Below, one piece after another: positions 1-8,672 of a stretch of DNA of 38,453 bases. The stretch is from Lachnospiraceae bacterium (GTDB lineage Bacteria; Bacillota; Clostridia; Oscillospirales; Oscillospiraceae), in assembly GCA_963605945.1 (NCBI GenBank), contig CAVCWF010000151.1:1-38453 (forward strand). Reading direction: 5' to 3'. Numbering within the stretch: position 1 is the first letter of the stretch; each line of letters opens with the position of its first letter. Both the position numbers and the translations under genes were made by a program. The notes under the pieces were generated by a model that saw only the letters and a list, made by a program, of their open reading frames with translations, ran no database searches and was not told where the DNA came from.

Positions 1-431
1 GCGGAGCAGAGATTGATAATCTTGCCGAAGTGATTGGCAATCATCATGTCGCAGAAATAGCGATTCATAAAGAAGGTTCCCTTGACGTTGACATCAACTA
101 TATCGCAGAAATCCTTTGTGTTGATAGACTCGGCGGGCTGATTTGTGTATATGCCGGCGTTGTTGATGAGCACGGCGAGATTTGTGCCCATATTTTCCTC
201 TGCCCATTTACGGAAAGCAATGACTTCGTCCTCATTCTGGATGGAGAGCTTATAAATTTCGACTTTCACGCCGTAGTCGTTTTCGAGCCGGTCTTTTACA
301 GCCTGTGCGCGGTCGGATTTCGACTGATATGTGATAATAAGATCGTAGCCTTCGCGGGCAAGCTCTTCCGCACAGGCTTCACCGAGTCCGCGGGATGCGC
401 CGGTTACGATGCCGTATTGGTTGCTGCTCAT
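1..431 (-). CDS. SDR family oxidoreductase (3-oxoacyl-ACP-reductase-like), C-terminus cut by window edge
   Basis: Not in the ORF track because it runs off the window. Hand translation of the minus strand from ATG (431-429) gives MSSNQYGIVTGASRGLGEACAEEL..., which carries the TGxxxGxG motif of classical SDRs. AAGGAGG (complement of 439-445) sits 7 nt upstream. The gene starts 18 nt after the stop of the MFS gene. Confidence 0.8.
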   Translation of the reverse strand, partial: MSSNQYGIVTGASRGLGEACAEELAREGYDLIITYQSKSDRAQAVKDRLENDYGVKVEIYKLSIQNEDEVIAFRKWAEENMGTNLAVLINNAGIYTNQPAESINTKDFCDIVDVNVKGTFFMNRYFCDMMIANHFGKIINLCS

Positions 432-449
432 GGCACTGCCTCCTTTGCT

Positions 450-1955
450 TTATCCGTTTTCTGCGGGCAGCTCAACTGCGCCGTTTTCTTTGATTTTTCT
501 GCTGAGCATTGCGGATGCGGCAACACCTATAAGGCCGCACAGACCGGCCGCGAACATAGCGGTTTCGTAGCCTGCACCGCGTGCTGCAACCTGCTCGACA
601 CCTGCGGCAATCTTGCTTCCGGCGACGCCGTTTGCGAGAGCCTGCATTACGGCAAGGCCGACGGAACCCGCGATGCATATGGCGATGTAAGCGACCTGAT
701 TACCGTCGGCAATTCTGCTTTTGGGCAGATATTCCTCTGCCGCATTATAGCAGATGGTGACGCAGGAGGCATGACCGAGACCGCCGATTGCGGATATTGC
801 GTAGATCATGCCGATGCTTGCCGTGGGTGAGAGGAGAAGGCCGTAGAGAAACGCGTTGAGGGAAACAAGCAGCATGGTCAGAACGAGCAGACCTTTGCAC
901 TTGCCGGTCTTCTTATAGTACAGCGCGTAGATTGGGGGCATCACAAGCGTGCCGATGGAGAAAATGGTGAACGGAATTGCTGAAGCTGCGGCTGTGGTAC
1001 CCATAACGACCTGCATGTAGTAAATAACGAATACAAACTGTCCCATGCAGACTGCGCAGGCGAAGAAGCTCTGGATGAATATCAAGGTGCAGTTTCTGTT
1101 CTCACGGAAAAGCTTTACGGGGAATATAGCGGCGGAGCCGAGCTTGTTCTCAATAACAATGAATGCGACGAGAGCGACGACAGTGATGACGAGCAGGGAG
1201 ACGATCTTTACGCTTCCCCAGCCCCACGAGTTGCCGAAGTTGCATGCAAGGACGCAGCAGCTGACCCAAACGGTAAACAGCACGGTGCCCCAAACGTCGA
1301 ATTTCTTCGCAGTGTAGTTCTTCTGGGTGGTGTCCTTCGGGGTTACAATCAGGGTGGCGAGCAGACCGATAGCCTGAATTGCCATCATTACGTAGTATAC
1401 GGAGCGCCAGCCAAAGTTGTCAATGAGCACACCGGCAAGCGTCGGGATCACAACGGCTGCGATGCCCTGTGTGATGCCGATGGTGGACAGCCACATTGCG
1501 CGCTTGGAGGGCGGCCAGATTTTGTTCATAAGGCTTATCATGTTGCTGATAAGACCGGCGTTGCCGATGCCCTGCACCATAACGCAGACGAGGAAGACAC
1601 CGAGGTTCGGGGCAAGCAGTGTTCCGATGTCGCAGAGCAGGATGATTATCAGTGAGCCGCCCATGATCTTCTTTATGCCACATTTGGGGATAAGATAGGC
1701 AGATACGGATGTCGCGACGACCATTATTGCGGTCTGGAGCGCCTTGCCTGCGGAGTAGTATTCACCGGCGTTCCAGTTTGCCATGATGTAGGAGGTGCAC
1801 ATACTGAATGCGCGCATATAGAAGTGTACGCCAAAGAAGCCAACGAGCAGGGCAATGGTTACTATTGCCCTCTTTTTAGGCTCGATATAAACGATAACAT
1901 CATTGTCATCGTTCGCGGGGTTCGCCTGTTTCATGCTCAGTTCCTGAGTTGACAT
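450..1955 (-). CDS. MFS transporter (long, roughly 14-helix type)
   Basis: The 501-aa ORF is almost entirely hydrophobic helices separated by short loops. GAGGAG sits 7 nt upstream of ATG 1955. The gene lies 30 nt downstream of the reductase gene on the same strand. Confidence 0.8.
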   Translation of the reverse strand: MSTQELSMKQANPANDDNDVIVYIEPKKRAIVTIALLVGFFGVHFYMRAFSMCTSYIMANWNAGEYYSAGKALQTAIMVVATSVSAYLIPKCGIKKIMGGSLIIILLCDIGTLLAPNLGVFLVCVMVQGIGNAGLISNMISLMNKIWPPSKRAMWLSTIGITQGIAAVVIPTLAGVLIDNFGWRSVYYVMMAIQAIGLLATLIVTPKDTTQKNYTAKKFDVWGTVLFTVWVSCCVLACNFGNSWGWGSVKIVSLLVITVVALVAFIVIENKLGSAAIFPVKLFRENRNCTLIFIQSFFACAVCMGQFVFVIYYMQVVMGTTAAASAIPFTIFSIGTLVMPPIYALYYKKTGKCKGLLVLTMLLVSLNAFLYGLLLSPTASIGMIYAISAIGGLGHASCVTICYNAAEEYLPKSRIADGNQVAYIAICIAGSVGLAVMQALANGVAGSKIAAGVEQVAARGAGYETAMFAAGLCGLIGVAASAMLSRKIKENGAVELPAENG

Positions 1956-1985
1956 GGGGTTACTCCTCTCTTTTTGTGTTTTCTA

Positions 1986-3905
1986 TTACTCCAGTACTCG
2001 AATGGTGTGATAGCCCTGATGAATCGCGTCAATGACCTTGCCGGGCTTGATATTGTCACCAATCTGAACGGTCTCAAATCCTGCCGCTTTTATGGACTCA
2101 TACAGGTCGTGGTTTGCTCTGAAGCCTGCCGCAAACACAACGGAATCGCACTCGATCTTCTCCTTGCGACCGTCGATCTCCACTATTACGCCGTCATCAA
2201 GAATCTCGGTCAGCTTGGTTCCGGTCATTATCTTTGTGCCGGAATGCTCAACGAGATAGCGGATATTCTGGTCGTTTGCAACGAAGTGATCCGCGGTAAG
2301 AAGTATCTTGTCCAGCAGCTCTACCATCGTGACGTCCTTGCCCTGCATACAAAGCTCCGTAGATAGTTCGCAGCCGACCTCTCCGCCGCCGACAACGACG
2401 ACTCTCTGACCAATGGGCTTCTGCCCCAGCAGTACGGGCACTGCGGTGCTGACGTTTGCCTCGTCGTGTCCCGGCACAGGGATAACTACGGGTGCAGCGC
2501 CCGCCGCGACGACAACGAAGTCCGGCGCATAGGCTTTGATGTCGTCAAGCGTCGCCTCCTTGCCGAGACGAACATCTATCTTGTGCTTGTAGACCTGACG
2601 GATGAGATAATCTACCTGATCTCTGACATCCTTCTTGAAGCGGGGGGCTCCGGCGGCTGCCATGATGCCGCCCATATAGTCGTTCTTTTCCCAGAGACTG
2701 ACCTCGTAGCCGCGCTCGGCAGCAGCAGCGGCGGCTTTCATACCGCCGGGGCCTGCACCGATGACGAGTATGCGTTTGTGCTCCTTGGCAGGAGCCAGTT
2801 CAAACTCGTTTTCATGCATACAGAGCGGGTTTACTGCGCAGGGGCGGGCGTGACCTTTCATTGCGTTGAAGTGACACTCGCCGCAGCCGATGCAGGGGAC
2901 GATCTCATCAAGACGGTTCTGCTTGACCTTCTTTGCCCAATGCGGGTCGGCAATCATACCGTGGCCTATGGCAACGAGATCGACCGTGCCGTTTTGGAGT
3001 GCAGCCTCGGCAACATCGGCGTGGTTGAGCTTGCCATGAGCCATGAGGGGAATGTCTCCTATTACGGCGCGAACCTTTGCGGCGGCCTCAAGATCAAAAC
3101 CGACGGGCTGATATACGCTGCTGACCATGCGCCAGCGGCAGGAATATGCACCGCGGCCAAAGTGGATAAGGTCGACCTTCTTTTCTGCGAGCTTCTTCGC
3201 AATGGCCAGCCCCTCTTCCAACGGACGTTCTTCATCGTCAATGCTGTCGAGTGTCATTTTGACGGCGATGGGGTAATCCTTGCCGCAGGCATTGCGGACG
3301 GAGTCAACGATTTCGAGAAGGAATCTCTGACGGTTTTCAAAGCTTCCGCCGTATTCGTCCGTGCGGTGGTTCCATTTAGCGGAGGTGAACTGGTCAATAA
3401 GGTATCCGCCGTAAGCATGGATCTCTATTATATCGACGCCTGCGTCCTTCGCAAGCTTGGCGGAAGCGCCCATTGCGGTGACAAGTCTCTTGACGCCGTC
3501 GGTCGGGAGCTCACGGCATATGAGATCAGGCTTGTAGTAGTTCGGGCAGGGGCTGGCCGAGTAGGGTGGTGTGTTAGGGTCGATCCAGTTCATGCGGCCG
3601 ATACCCGGAGACAGCTGAATGCCGAATTTAGCTCCGTACATATGTACACGCTCGGCTATCATGTGGAGCATGTAGACATCCTTACAGTTCGTTAGTTTCT
3701 GGCATGGGGCGGGCTCAAACTCCTCTGAAGCGGTAACTGCGCCAGTCAGTATAAGCCCTGCACCGCCTCTGGCACGTTCTGCGTAGAAATTCACGTCTCT
3801 CATATTGAAGCCGCTGGTGTGATCCGTGGTAGTACCCATCGGAGCGAGGACAACGCGGTTCTTCAGCGTCATGGAGCCGATTTTTATCTCCTCAAAAAGT
3901 TTCAT
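1986..3905 (-). CDS. NADH:flavin oxidoreductase, 2-enoate reductase / 2,4-dienoyl-CoA reductase family (OYE TIM barrel + Fe-S + FAD/NAD(P) domain)
   Basis: The N-terminus MKLFEEIKIGSMTLKNRVVLAPMGT is OYE-like. The Cys cluster is CIGCGEC-x11-C. Two Rossmann motifs are present: VIGAGPGGMKAA and VVVGGGEVGCEL. I trimmed the start from the ORF-track 4034 to ATG 3905, which has GAAAGGAA upstream and matches family N-termini. Product is 639 aa. Confidence 0.85.
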   Translation of the reverse strand: MKLFEEIKIGSMTLKNRVVLAPMGTTTDHTSGFNMRDVNFYAERARGGAGLILTGAVTASEEFEPAPCQKLTNCKDVYMLHMIAERVHMYGAKFGIQLSPGIGRMNWIDPNTPPYSASPCPNYYKPDLICRELPTDGVKRLVTAMGASAKLAKDAGVDIIEIHAYGGYLIDQFTSAKWNHRTDEYGGSFENRQRFLLEIVDSVRNACGKDYPIAVKMTLDSIDDEERPLEEGLAIAKKLAEKKVDLIHFGRGAYSCRWRMVSSVYQPVGFDLEAAAKVRAVIGDIPLMAHGKLNHADVAEAALQNGTVDLVAIGHGMIADPHWAKKVKQNRLDEIVPCIGCGECHFNAMKGHARPCAVNPLCMHENEFELAPAKEHKRILVIGAGPGGMKAAAAAAERGYEVSLWEKNDYMGGIMAAAGAPRFKKDVRDQVDYLIRQVYKHKIDVRLGKEATLDDIKAYAPDFVVVAAGAAPVVIPVPGHDEANVSTAVPVLLGQKPIGQRVVVVGGGEVGCELSTELCMQGKDVTMVELLDKILLTADHFVANDQNIRYLVEHSGTKIMTGTKLTEILDDGVIVEIDGRKEKIECDSVVFAAGFRANHDLYESIKAAGFETVQIGDNIKPGKVIDAIHQGYHTIRVLE

Positions 3906-3977
3906 TTCAGCGTTCCTTTCTTTTTCCGTTCCGCCGTATAAAAACATGTGGACGTTTCCCCAATAATGAGTTAAAAT

Positions 3978-4008
3978 ACTTAAGTGTATGCTAGCTTTAC
4001 ACTTAAGT
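3978..4008. promoter_or_regulatory. Inverted repeat ACTTAAGTGTA-N9-TACACTTAAGT, candidate TetR operator in a divergent intergenic region
   Basis: The arms are perfect 11-bp matches (3978-3988 and 3998-4008). Each arm contains the self-complementary octamer ACTTAAGT. The repeat lies between the reductase operon start (3905) and the TetR gene (4124). Confidence 0.4.
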
Positions 4009-4123
4009 GAATTTGTATTATACCGCGGTAACATTGAGGCAAGAATATCATATTGTCATTCTATTGTCAATAGCAATATTGTTATAAAAATATCGCTTAC
4101 TTTTGTCACATTTCAACTAATAA

Positions 4124-4729
4124 TTGGGGGTTTTATATATTATACCTGTAAAAGGAACCTATTCAGAGACCAAGGAACGCATCCGTGAGTGTGCTATCAG
4201 GCTGTTCAAGGAGAACGGGTACGATAATGTTACCGTGGTGCAAATCTGCGAGGCAGCGGGAATTACAAAACGAACTTTTTATTACCATTATGAGTCAAAA
4301 GAACAGCTCGTTAACGGAATAACGGACTATTTGGGTATAAAAGCGGAGCAGTTTATGGACACACTCGCCTCACAGCAGACGAATGTCGGGCTGCTGTGGT
4401 CGCTTATGAGCGTGTACAGCATCAACTCCGCGGATTATGGCCCCAATGTTATACGCCAGATATACGTTAATCTTGTTCAGGGCAAGGTTGACGAGCGCTT
4501 CCCGCAGGATATGTATCTTTACAAAACTGTCGTGCGGACAATTGACAACGCCCAGCGGACGAATGAGATCAGCAATTTGGCTGCACCGGAGGATGTTGCT
4601 TATGCGCTCTACCACAGCTTCCGAAGCGTGACGATAACATGGGCTTCTGAGGGCGGAGATTTTGACATAGTCAGCGCGTTCCGCCGCACGTTTATCACAG
4701 TACTCGGAGTGAAAGACGTTAATTTTTGA
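4124..4729 (+). CDS. TetR/AcrR family transcriptional regulator
   Basis: The N-terminal HTH region reads TKERIRECAIRLFKENGYDNVTVVQICEAAGITKRTFYYHYESKEQLV. The start is uncertain: the ORF-track start is a TTG with no obvious SD, and there is no in-frame ATG before the HTH. Confidence 0.75.
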   Translation: MGVLYIIPVKGTYSETKERIRECAIRLFKENGYDNVTVVQICEAAGITKRTFYYHYESKEQLVNGITDYLGIKAEQFMDTLASQQTNVGLLWSLMSVYSINSADYGPNVIRQIYVNLVQGKVDERFPQDMYLYKTVVRTIDNAQRTNEISNLAAPEDVAYALYHSFRSVTITWASEGGDFDIVSAFRRTFITVLGVKDVNF

Positions 4730-4744
4730 ACGATTGCGTTTCTG

Positions 4745-4783
4745 AATCACCGCAAAGGCATCTCGCCTTTGCGGTGATTTTTG
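4745..4783. terminator. Bidirectional intrinsic terminator between convergent genes
   Basis: A perfect 14-bp stem AATCACCGCAAAGG / CCTTTGCGGTGATT (4745-4758 / 4766-4779) has a 7-nt loop and is followed by TTTTT on the plus strand. Confidence 0.75.
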
Positions 4784-4785
4784 GC

Positions 4786-5550
4786 TCAGGTGCTTGTCCA
4801 GCCGCCGTCGACCACGATATTTTGCCCGGTCATATAGGAAGCTTCCTCGCTTGCCATGAAGATGACGGCTGCATCCAGCTCATGGCTTCTGCCGGGGCGC
4901 TTCATCGGGCACCATGTATTTATAAAATCGTTGAACCAGCCCTGACCGACCGGGGACTGCTCGGAAGCGAAGAATCCGGGGCTGAGGGTGTTCACGGTTA
5001 TGCCGTACTGCGCCCACTCGTTGGAGAGCTGACGGGTAAGGTTTATAACGCCGCCCTTGGTTGCAGAGTATTCGCATATTCCGCGCCCAAAGGTGCTGTC
5101 AAGCGCGACGCTGCCCAGCATGGAAGCAACGTTTATTATTCTGCCGTAGTTGTTTTTGCGCATGAGCTTTGCGAACTCCCTTGCACAGTAGAATACGCCG
5201 GTCAGGCAGACGTCCACGGTTGCCTGCCACTTCTCATCGGTAAGGGAAATTGCCCAGTCGTTGTGCCCTTCTCCCGCACAGTTCACGAGAATGTCGCAGC
5301 GGCCGAATTCCTTTTCAACCAAGTCGCGGCAGGCTATGACCATATCGGATTTGGTCACGTCGCAGCGCACGGGGATTGCGCGCACGCCGTATTTGCTGCG
5401 GATATCCTCGGCGTTTTTCTCAAGCAGCTCCATGCGCCTTGCCGCGAGGACGACGTCGCAGCCGCGCGCCGCAAGAGCGTTGGCGAACAGCACCCCTATA
5501 CCGGACGAACCGCCTGTTACTACCGCTACCCTGCCATGAAAGTCAAACAT
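4786..5550 (-). CDS. SDR family oxidoreductase
   Basis: Carries VTGGSSGIG (TGxxxGxG), the NCAG variant of NNAG, and the catalytic YSATK (YxxxK). Product is 254 aa. Confidence 0.85.
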   Translation of the reverse strand: MFDFHGRVAVVTGGSSGIGVLFANALAARGCDVVLAARRMELLEKNAEDIRSKYGVRAIPVRCDVTKSDMVIACRDLVEKEFGRCDILVNCAGEGHNDWAISLTDEKWQATVDVCLTGVFYCAREFAKLMRKNNYGRIINVASMLGSVALDSTFGRGICEYSATKGGVINLTRQLSNEWAQYGITVNTLSPGFFASEQSPVGQGWFNDFINTWCPMKRPGRSHELDAAVIFMASEEASYMTGQNIVVDGGWTST

Positions 5551-5567
5551 GTTTTTTCTCCTTTCGG

Positions 5568-6623
5568 TTATGTATATATTATGGGTTTTATGATGTCGGG
5601 GGTCTTGTGTTCCATTAGCTTGAAGCCGTCCTCGACCTTTTCAAAGCCGTAGAGACGCTGTGTGATAAGAAGGGTGGGGTCGAGCCTTCCGGCCTTGATT
5701 ATTGCCATCAGCTTCTCCATCCGCAGTCTGCCGCCGGCGCAGAGACGGCCGGTGAGCGTCTGGTGTGCGACAAGGGTTCCGGCCTCGGCCACACCTATGT
5801 GGAAATCTCCGAAGAATCCGGCAATATTGGATATAGTTCCGCCGCACTTGAGCATACTGTATGCCTCGTTTATAATGCTGGGCTCACCGCCTGCTACGAT
5901 TACCTTATCGACCTTTCTGCCGTTCGTGAGCTCAAGAACCTGCTTTGCCACAGGGCCGTCGGTGTAATCAATGATGTCAGTTGCGCCGTAGTGCTTGGCC
6001 AAATCCTTCGTAAGCTGTCGGTGGCCGACGCATATGATGCGTCCGGCTCCGCGCAGAGCGGTTCCCGCGACGCTCATAAGCCCTACCGGCCCGATGCCGA
6101 CGATAACGACCGTATCTCCGAACTGAACGTCTGCGCCTTCGACGCCTGAAAAGCCCGTCGTTATCATGTCGCCGACGAGAGCTGCAGCTTCGATGGATAC
6201 GCCGTCAGGGATGCGCGCGAGGTTCATGTCGGCGTCGGGGATGATAAAGAATTCACCGAATGTGCCGTCGAGCTTTGAAGAGAGATAGCGCCCGCCGAGG
6301 AACCCACCTGCGTGCTCGTGCAGACCCTCCTCAATTTCCCGGCCGCGCCATATCGGCGTGACCGCAGGGATGGCCACGATGTCGCCGGGCTTTATATCGG
6401 TTACGAAAGCTCCGACTTTTTCGACCTTTCCGACGCCTTCGTGTCCCAGAATACGGTTGGGATATGCTTTCCTGAATTTCGCGTTGTGCACGTCGGACGT
6501 GCACGGAAGAATCGCTACTGGTGAACACAAGGCCTCAAAGGGACCGGGTTCGGGTATCTCTTTCTCAAGCCATCCGTGGCTTATGGTCGGCTCTATTACG
6601 CCGTAGCCTTTCATGGTGTTCAT
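5568..6623 (-). CDS. Zn-dependent (secondary) alcohol dehydrogenase, TbADH/CbADH-like, medium-chain family
   Basis: Product is 351 aa. It appears colinear from memory with Thermoanaerobacter brockii secondary ADH. Matching segments are PGPFEALCSPVAILPCTSDVH (Zn Cys), ILGHEGVGKV (His-Glu), GDMITTGF (Zn Asp), GIGPVGLMSVAG (Rossmann) and GGRLRMEKL. AAAGGAGA sits 6 nt upstream of ATG 6623. Confidence 0.9.
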   Translation of the reverse strand: MNTMKGYGVIEPTISHGWLEKEIPEPGPFEALCSPVAILPCTSDVHNAKFRKAYPNRILGHEGVGKVEKVGAFVTDIKPGDIVAIPAVTPIWRGREIEEGLHEHAGGFLGGRYLSSKLDGTFGEFFIIPDADMNLARIPDGVSIEAAALVGDMITTGFSGVEGADVQFGDTVVIVGIGPVGLMSVAGTALRGAGRIICVGHRQLTKDLAKHYGATDIIDYTDGPVAKQVLELTNGRKVDKVIVAGGEPSIINEAYSMLKCGGTISNIAGFFGDFHIGVAEAGTLVAHQTLTGRLCAGGRLRMEKLMAIIKAGRLDPTLLITQRLYGFEKVEDGFKLMEHKTPDIIKPIIYT

Positions 6624-6642
6624 ATAAGTTCTCCTTTCGCAA

Positions 6643-8592
6643 TTAATCTACCTGCATTCCTGCATAGAAGCCGCTTCTTATGGCCTTGCCGCTCTTGGCG
6701 ACCTCAACGCAGTCGCCGACGCAGATGGTCTTCTTGTTGTATCTCGCTTTGAGCTGCTCCGGCAGCTCGGAATTACGTGCCATGCCGAATGCGGTCACAA
6801 TGGTGTCGGCAGGTATAAGCTCCTCGACTCCGTCGGCATTTATTACGGTAACGCCGCTTTCGTCCATTCGGCAAACGCGGCAGCTTGTCCTGACAGTGAC
6901 GTCCGCCTCGCGGAGGAATACCTTCAGGGAGTGGGCGTTTATGAACACCATGTCGTTTGCAATATCCGGCTGCATCTCGACGATGGTGCAGTCTTTGCCC
7001 CATTCCGTTGCAAGCTCAAGGGCGAGATCTGCGCCGGAGAGACCGCCGCCGCATACAACAACGCGCTTGCCCGCAATTTTTTCGGGCGCCTTATGCGCAT
7101 CCTTCACGCCGATCACGTTGTCGCCGTCCACTCCCTTGATGGGCGGGTTGACGGGATGAGCGCCGGTGGCGGCTATGATTCGGTCACAGCTGGCAAGGGT
7201 GGGATCGTCAATGCTTATTTCCTCGTGGCGGATTTCTATGCCGAGCTTTGTCATCTGGGTCTTGTAGTACTCGACAAGCGCGCGAAGCCTGTTTTTGAAT
7301 TTTGCCGTTGCCGCGTAGTTCAGCGTTCCACCGAGCGCTTCGCGTTCGTAAAGCGTTACCTTGTGTCCCTTGAGCGCGCATACCCGTGCGGCCTCCATGC
7401 CGCCGGGGCCGCCGCCTATGACGACGACATGTTTCGGCGTTTCCGCTTTCTTGATCTCAAAAGCGGCCTCTTCGTTTGCCGCGGGATTGACTGAGCAGCT
7501 GAGCTTGGAGTAGCGACCCCAGATGCGGCCTATACACTCCTCGTTGCAGCGGATGCACGGGCGCACATCTTCAGGCCGATCCTCCATGAGTTTGCGCGGC
7601 AGATAAGGATCCGCTATGAGCGGACGACCGAACATGGCGAAGTCTGCGCGCCCGGACTCGATGAGCTCGACCGCGGTTTCGGGAGTGTGGTTACCGGCGT
7701 TGATGATTGGCTTATCGGTTGCTTCGCGTGCGGTGTCGCATACATATTCCATGCAGGCGTCACCGCGGTAAAATGTCGGGTATACAAAATCAGGGTGCTC
7801 GTAGCAGCCACAGTCAACGTCGAACGCGTCGACACCGTTGTCACTGAGGATGCGTATCAGCTCACGGCTGTCTTCAAGCGTTCTGCCGCCGGGGATGCGA
7901 TGATCCATGGAAAGCCTGTAAATAACGGGCATATCCTTCCCCGCGCCGCGCTTTATCGCCTGAAGTATCTCTATGGCAAATCTCGCGCGATTTTCGGGAG
8001 AGCCGCCGTATTCATCCTCTCGGTGATTCCACTGTTCCGTCAGGAACTGGTCGATTATGTATCCGACGTGGCCGTGCACTTCTATTGCGTCAAATCCGGC
8101 TGCCGTAGCGATTTCGGCGGCAAGCTCCCAGCTCTTCATAATGTCCTTGATCTCCTCAATTGTCAGGGGACGGCAGAGGACGTTGGGGTTAAATACCGAG
8201 GGGACAGCGGAGGCGGAGAAGGGGACTCCGCCGCACTGACTGGGGTGGGCGTTGCGTCCTGTGCCGCTTGAGAGCTGGGCTATTGCCTTCGCGCCGTAGC
8301 AGTGGATGCGTTCGGTCATGCCGGTGAGGTGGGGAATTATCCGTTTGCTGTCGAAGTATGTGCCGTAAATACCTTGAGCGAGCTTCGGCGTGAGATACTG
8401 CGATGATGTGATTATGGCGCCGACGCCACCCTTTGCGCGCTCTTCAAAGTATCTTGCTAGCGTATCTGACACGGAGCCGTCCATGGCGGCGGCATAAGTG
8501 CCCATGGGCGCCATGATGAGCCGATTTTTGATTTCCATCTTCCCAATGGAAAATGGCGTGAACAGGGAATCGTAGCTTTTCAGTCTTTCCAT
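6643..8592 (-). CDS. NADH:flavin oxidoreductase, 2-enoate reductase / 2,4-dienoyl-CoA reductase family (second paralog)
   Basis: The N-terminus reads MERLKSYDSLFTPFSIGKMEIKNRLIMAPMGT. The Cys cluster is CIRCNEEC-x12-C. Rossmann motifs are VIGGGPGGMEAA and VVCGGGLSGADL. I trimmed the start to ATG 8592, which has GGAGG 5 nt upstream; the ORF-track start at 8604 is a TTG inside that SD. Confidence 0.85.
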   Translation of the reverse strand: MERLKSYDSLFTPFSIGKMEIKNRLIMAPMGTYAAAMDGSVSDTLARYFEERAKGGVGAIITSSQYLTPKLAQGIYGTYFDSKRIIPHLTGMTERIHCYGAKAIAQLSSGTGRNAHPSQCGGVPFSASAVPSVFNPNVLCRPLTIEEIKDIMKSWELAAEIATAAGFDAIEVHGHVGYIIDQFLTEQWNHREDEYGGSPENRARFAIEILQAIKRGAGKDMPVIYRLSMDHRIPGGRTLEDSRELIRILSDNGVDAFDVDCGCYEHPDFVYPTFYRGDACMEYVCDTAREATDKPIINAGNHTPETAVELIESGRADFAMFGRPLIADPYLPRKLMEDRPEDVRPCIRCNEECIGRIWGRYSKLSCSVNPAANEEAAFEIKKAETPKHVVVIGGGPGGMEAARVCALKGHKVTLYEREALGGTLNYAATAKFKNRLRALVEYYKTQMTKLGIEIRHEEISIDDPTLASCDRIIAATGAHPVNPPIKGVDGDNVIGVKDAHKAPEKIAGKRVVVCGGGLSGADLALELATEWGKDCTIVEMQPDIANDMVFINAHSLKVFLREADVTVRTSCRVCRMDESGVTVINADGVEELIPADTIVTAFGMARNSELPEQLKARYNKKTICVGDCVEVAKSGKAIRSGFYAGMQVD

Positions 8593-8610
8593 AATTACCT
8601 CCAATATTTT

Positions 8611-8639
8611 TTGACATTTCGGAAAGGATTTAATATACT
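8611..8639 (+). promoter_or_regulatory. Sigma-70-type promoter for the TetR gene (-35 TTGACA, 17-bp spacer, -10 TATACT)
   Basis: TTGACA lies at 8611-8616 and TATACT at 8634-8639, with exactly 17 nt between them. The promoter sits about 35 nt upstream of the AAGGAG RBS of the gene at 8673. Confidence 0.6.
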
Positions 8640-8672
8640 TATAAAAGTAAAAACGCAGAAGGAGTAAAAACT

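Noticed and set aside
30-830. 266-aa plus-strand ORF spanning the SDR/MFS junction
   Set aside because: It lies antisense to two genes that have clear family motifs (SDR TGxxxGxG and MFS helices). It has no RBS and a low-complexity Cys/Ala/Gly-rich composition. It is a shadow ORF.
2466-3695. 409-aa plus-strand ORF inside the first reductase gene; similar cases at 6680-7494 and 7687-8271 inside the second
   Set aside because: They are antisense to strongly recognisable OYE/FAD reductase genes. They have no RBS, and the Ala/Gly/Val/Arg-rich composition is typical of GC-rich shadow frames.
3906-4034. N-terminal extensions implied by the longest-ORF coordinates. Cases are 1986-4034, 6643-8604, 10548-, 11093-, 18711-19592, 19793- and 22412-.
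   Set aside because: In each case an internal start with a good SD at 4-10 nt matches the expected family N-terminus. The upstream extension overlaps intergenic, promoter or terminator sequence, or a neighbouring gene.
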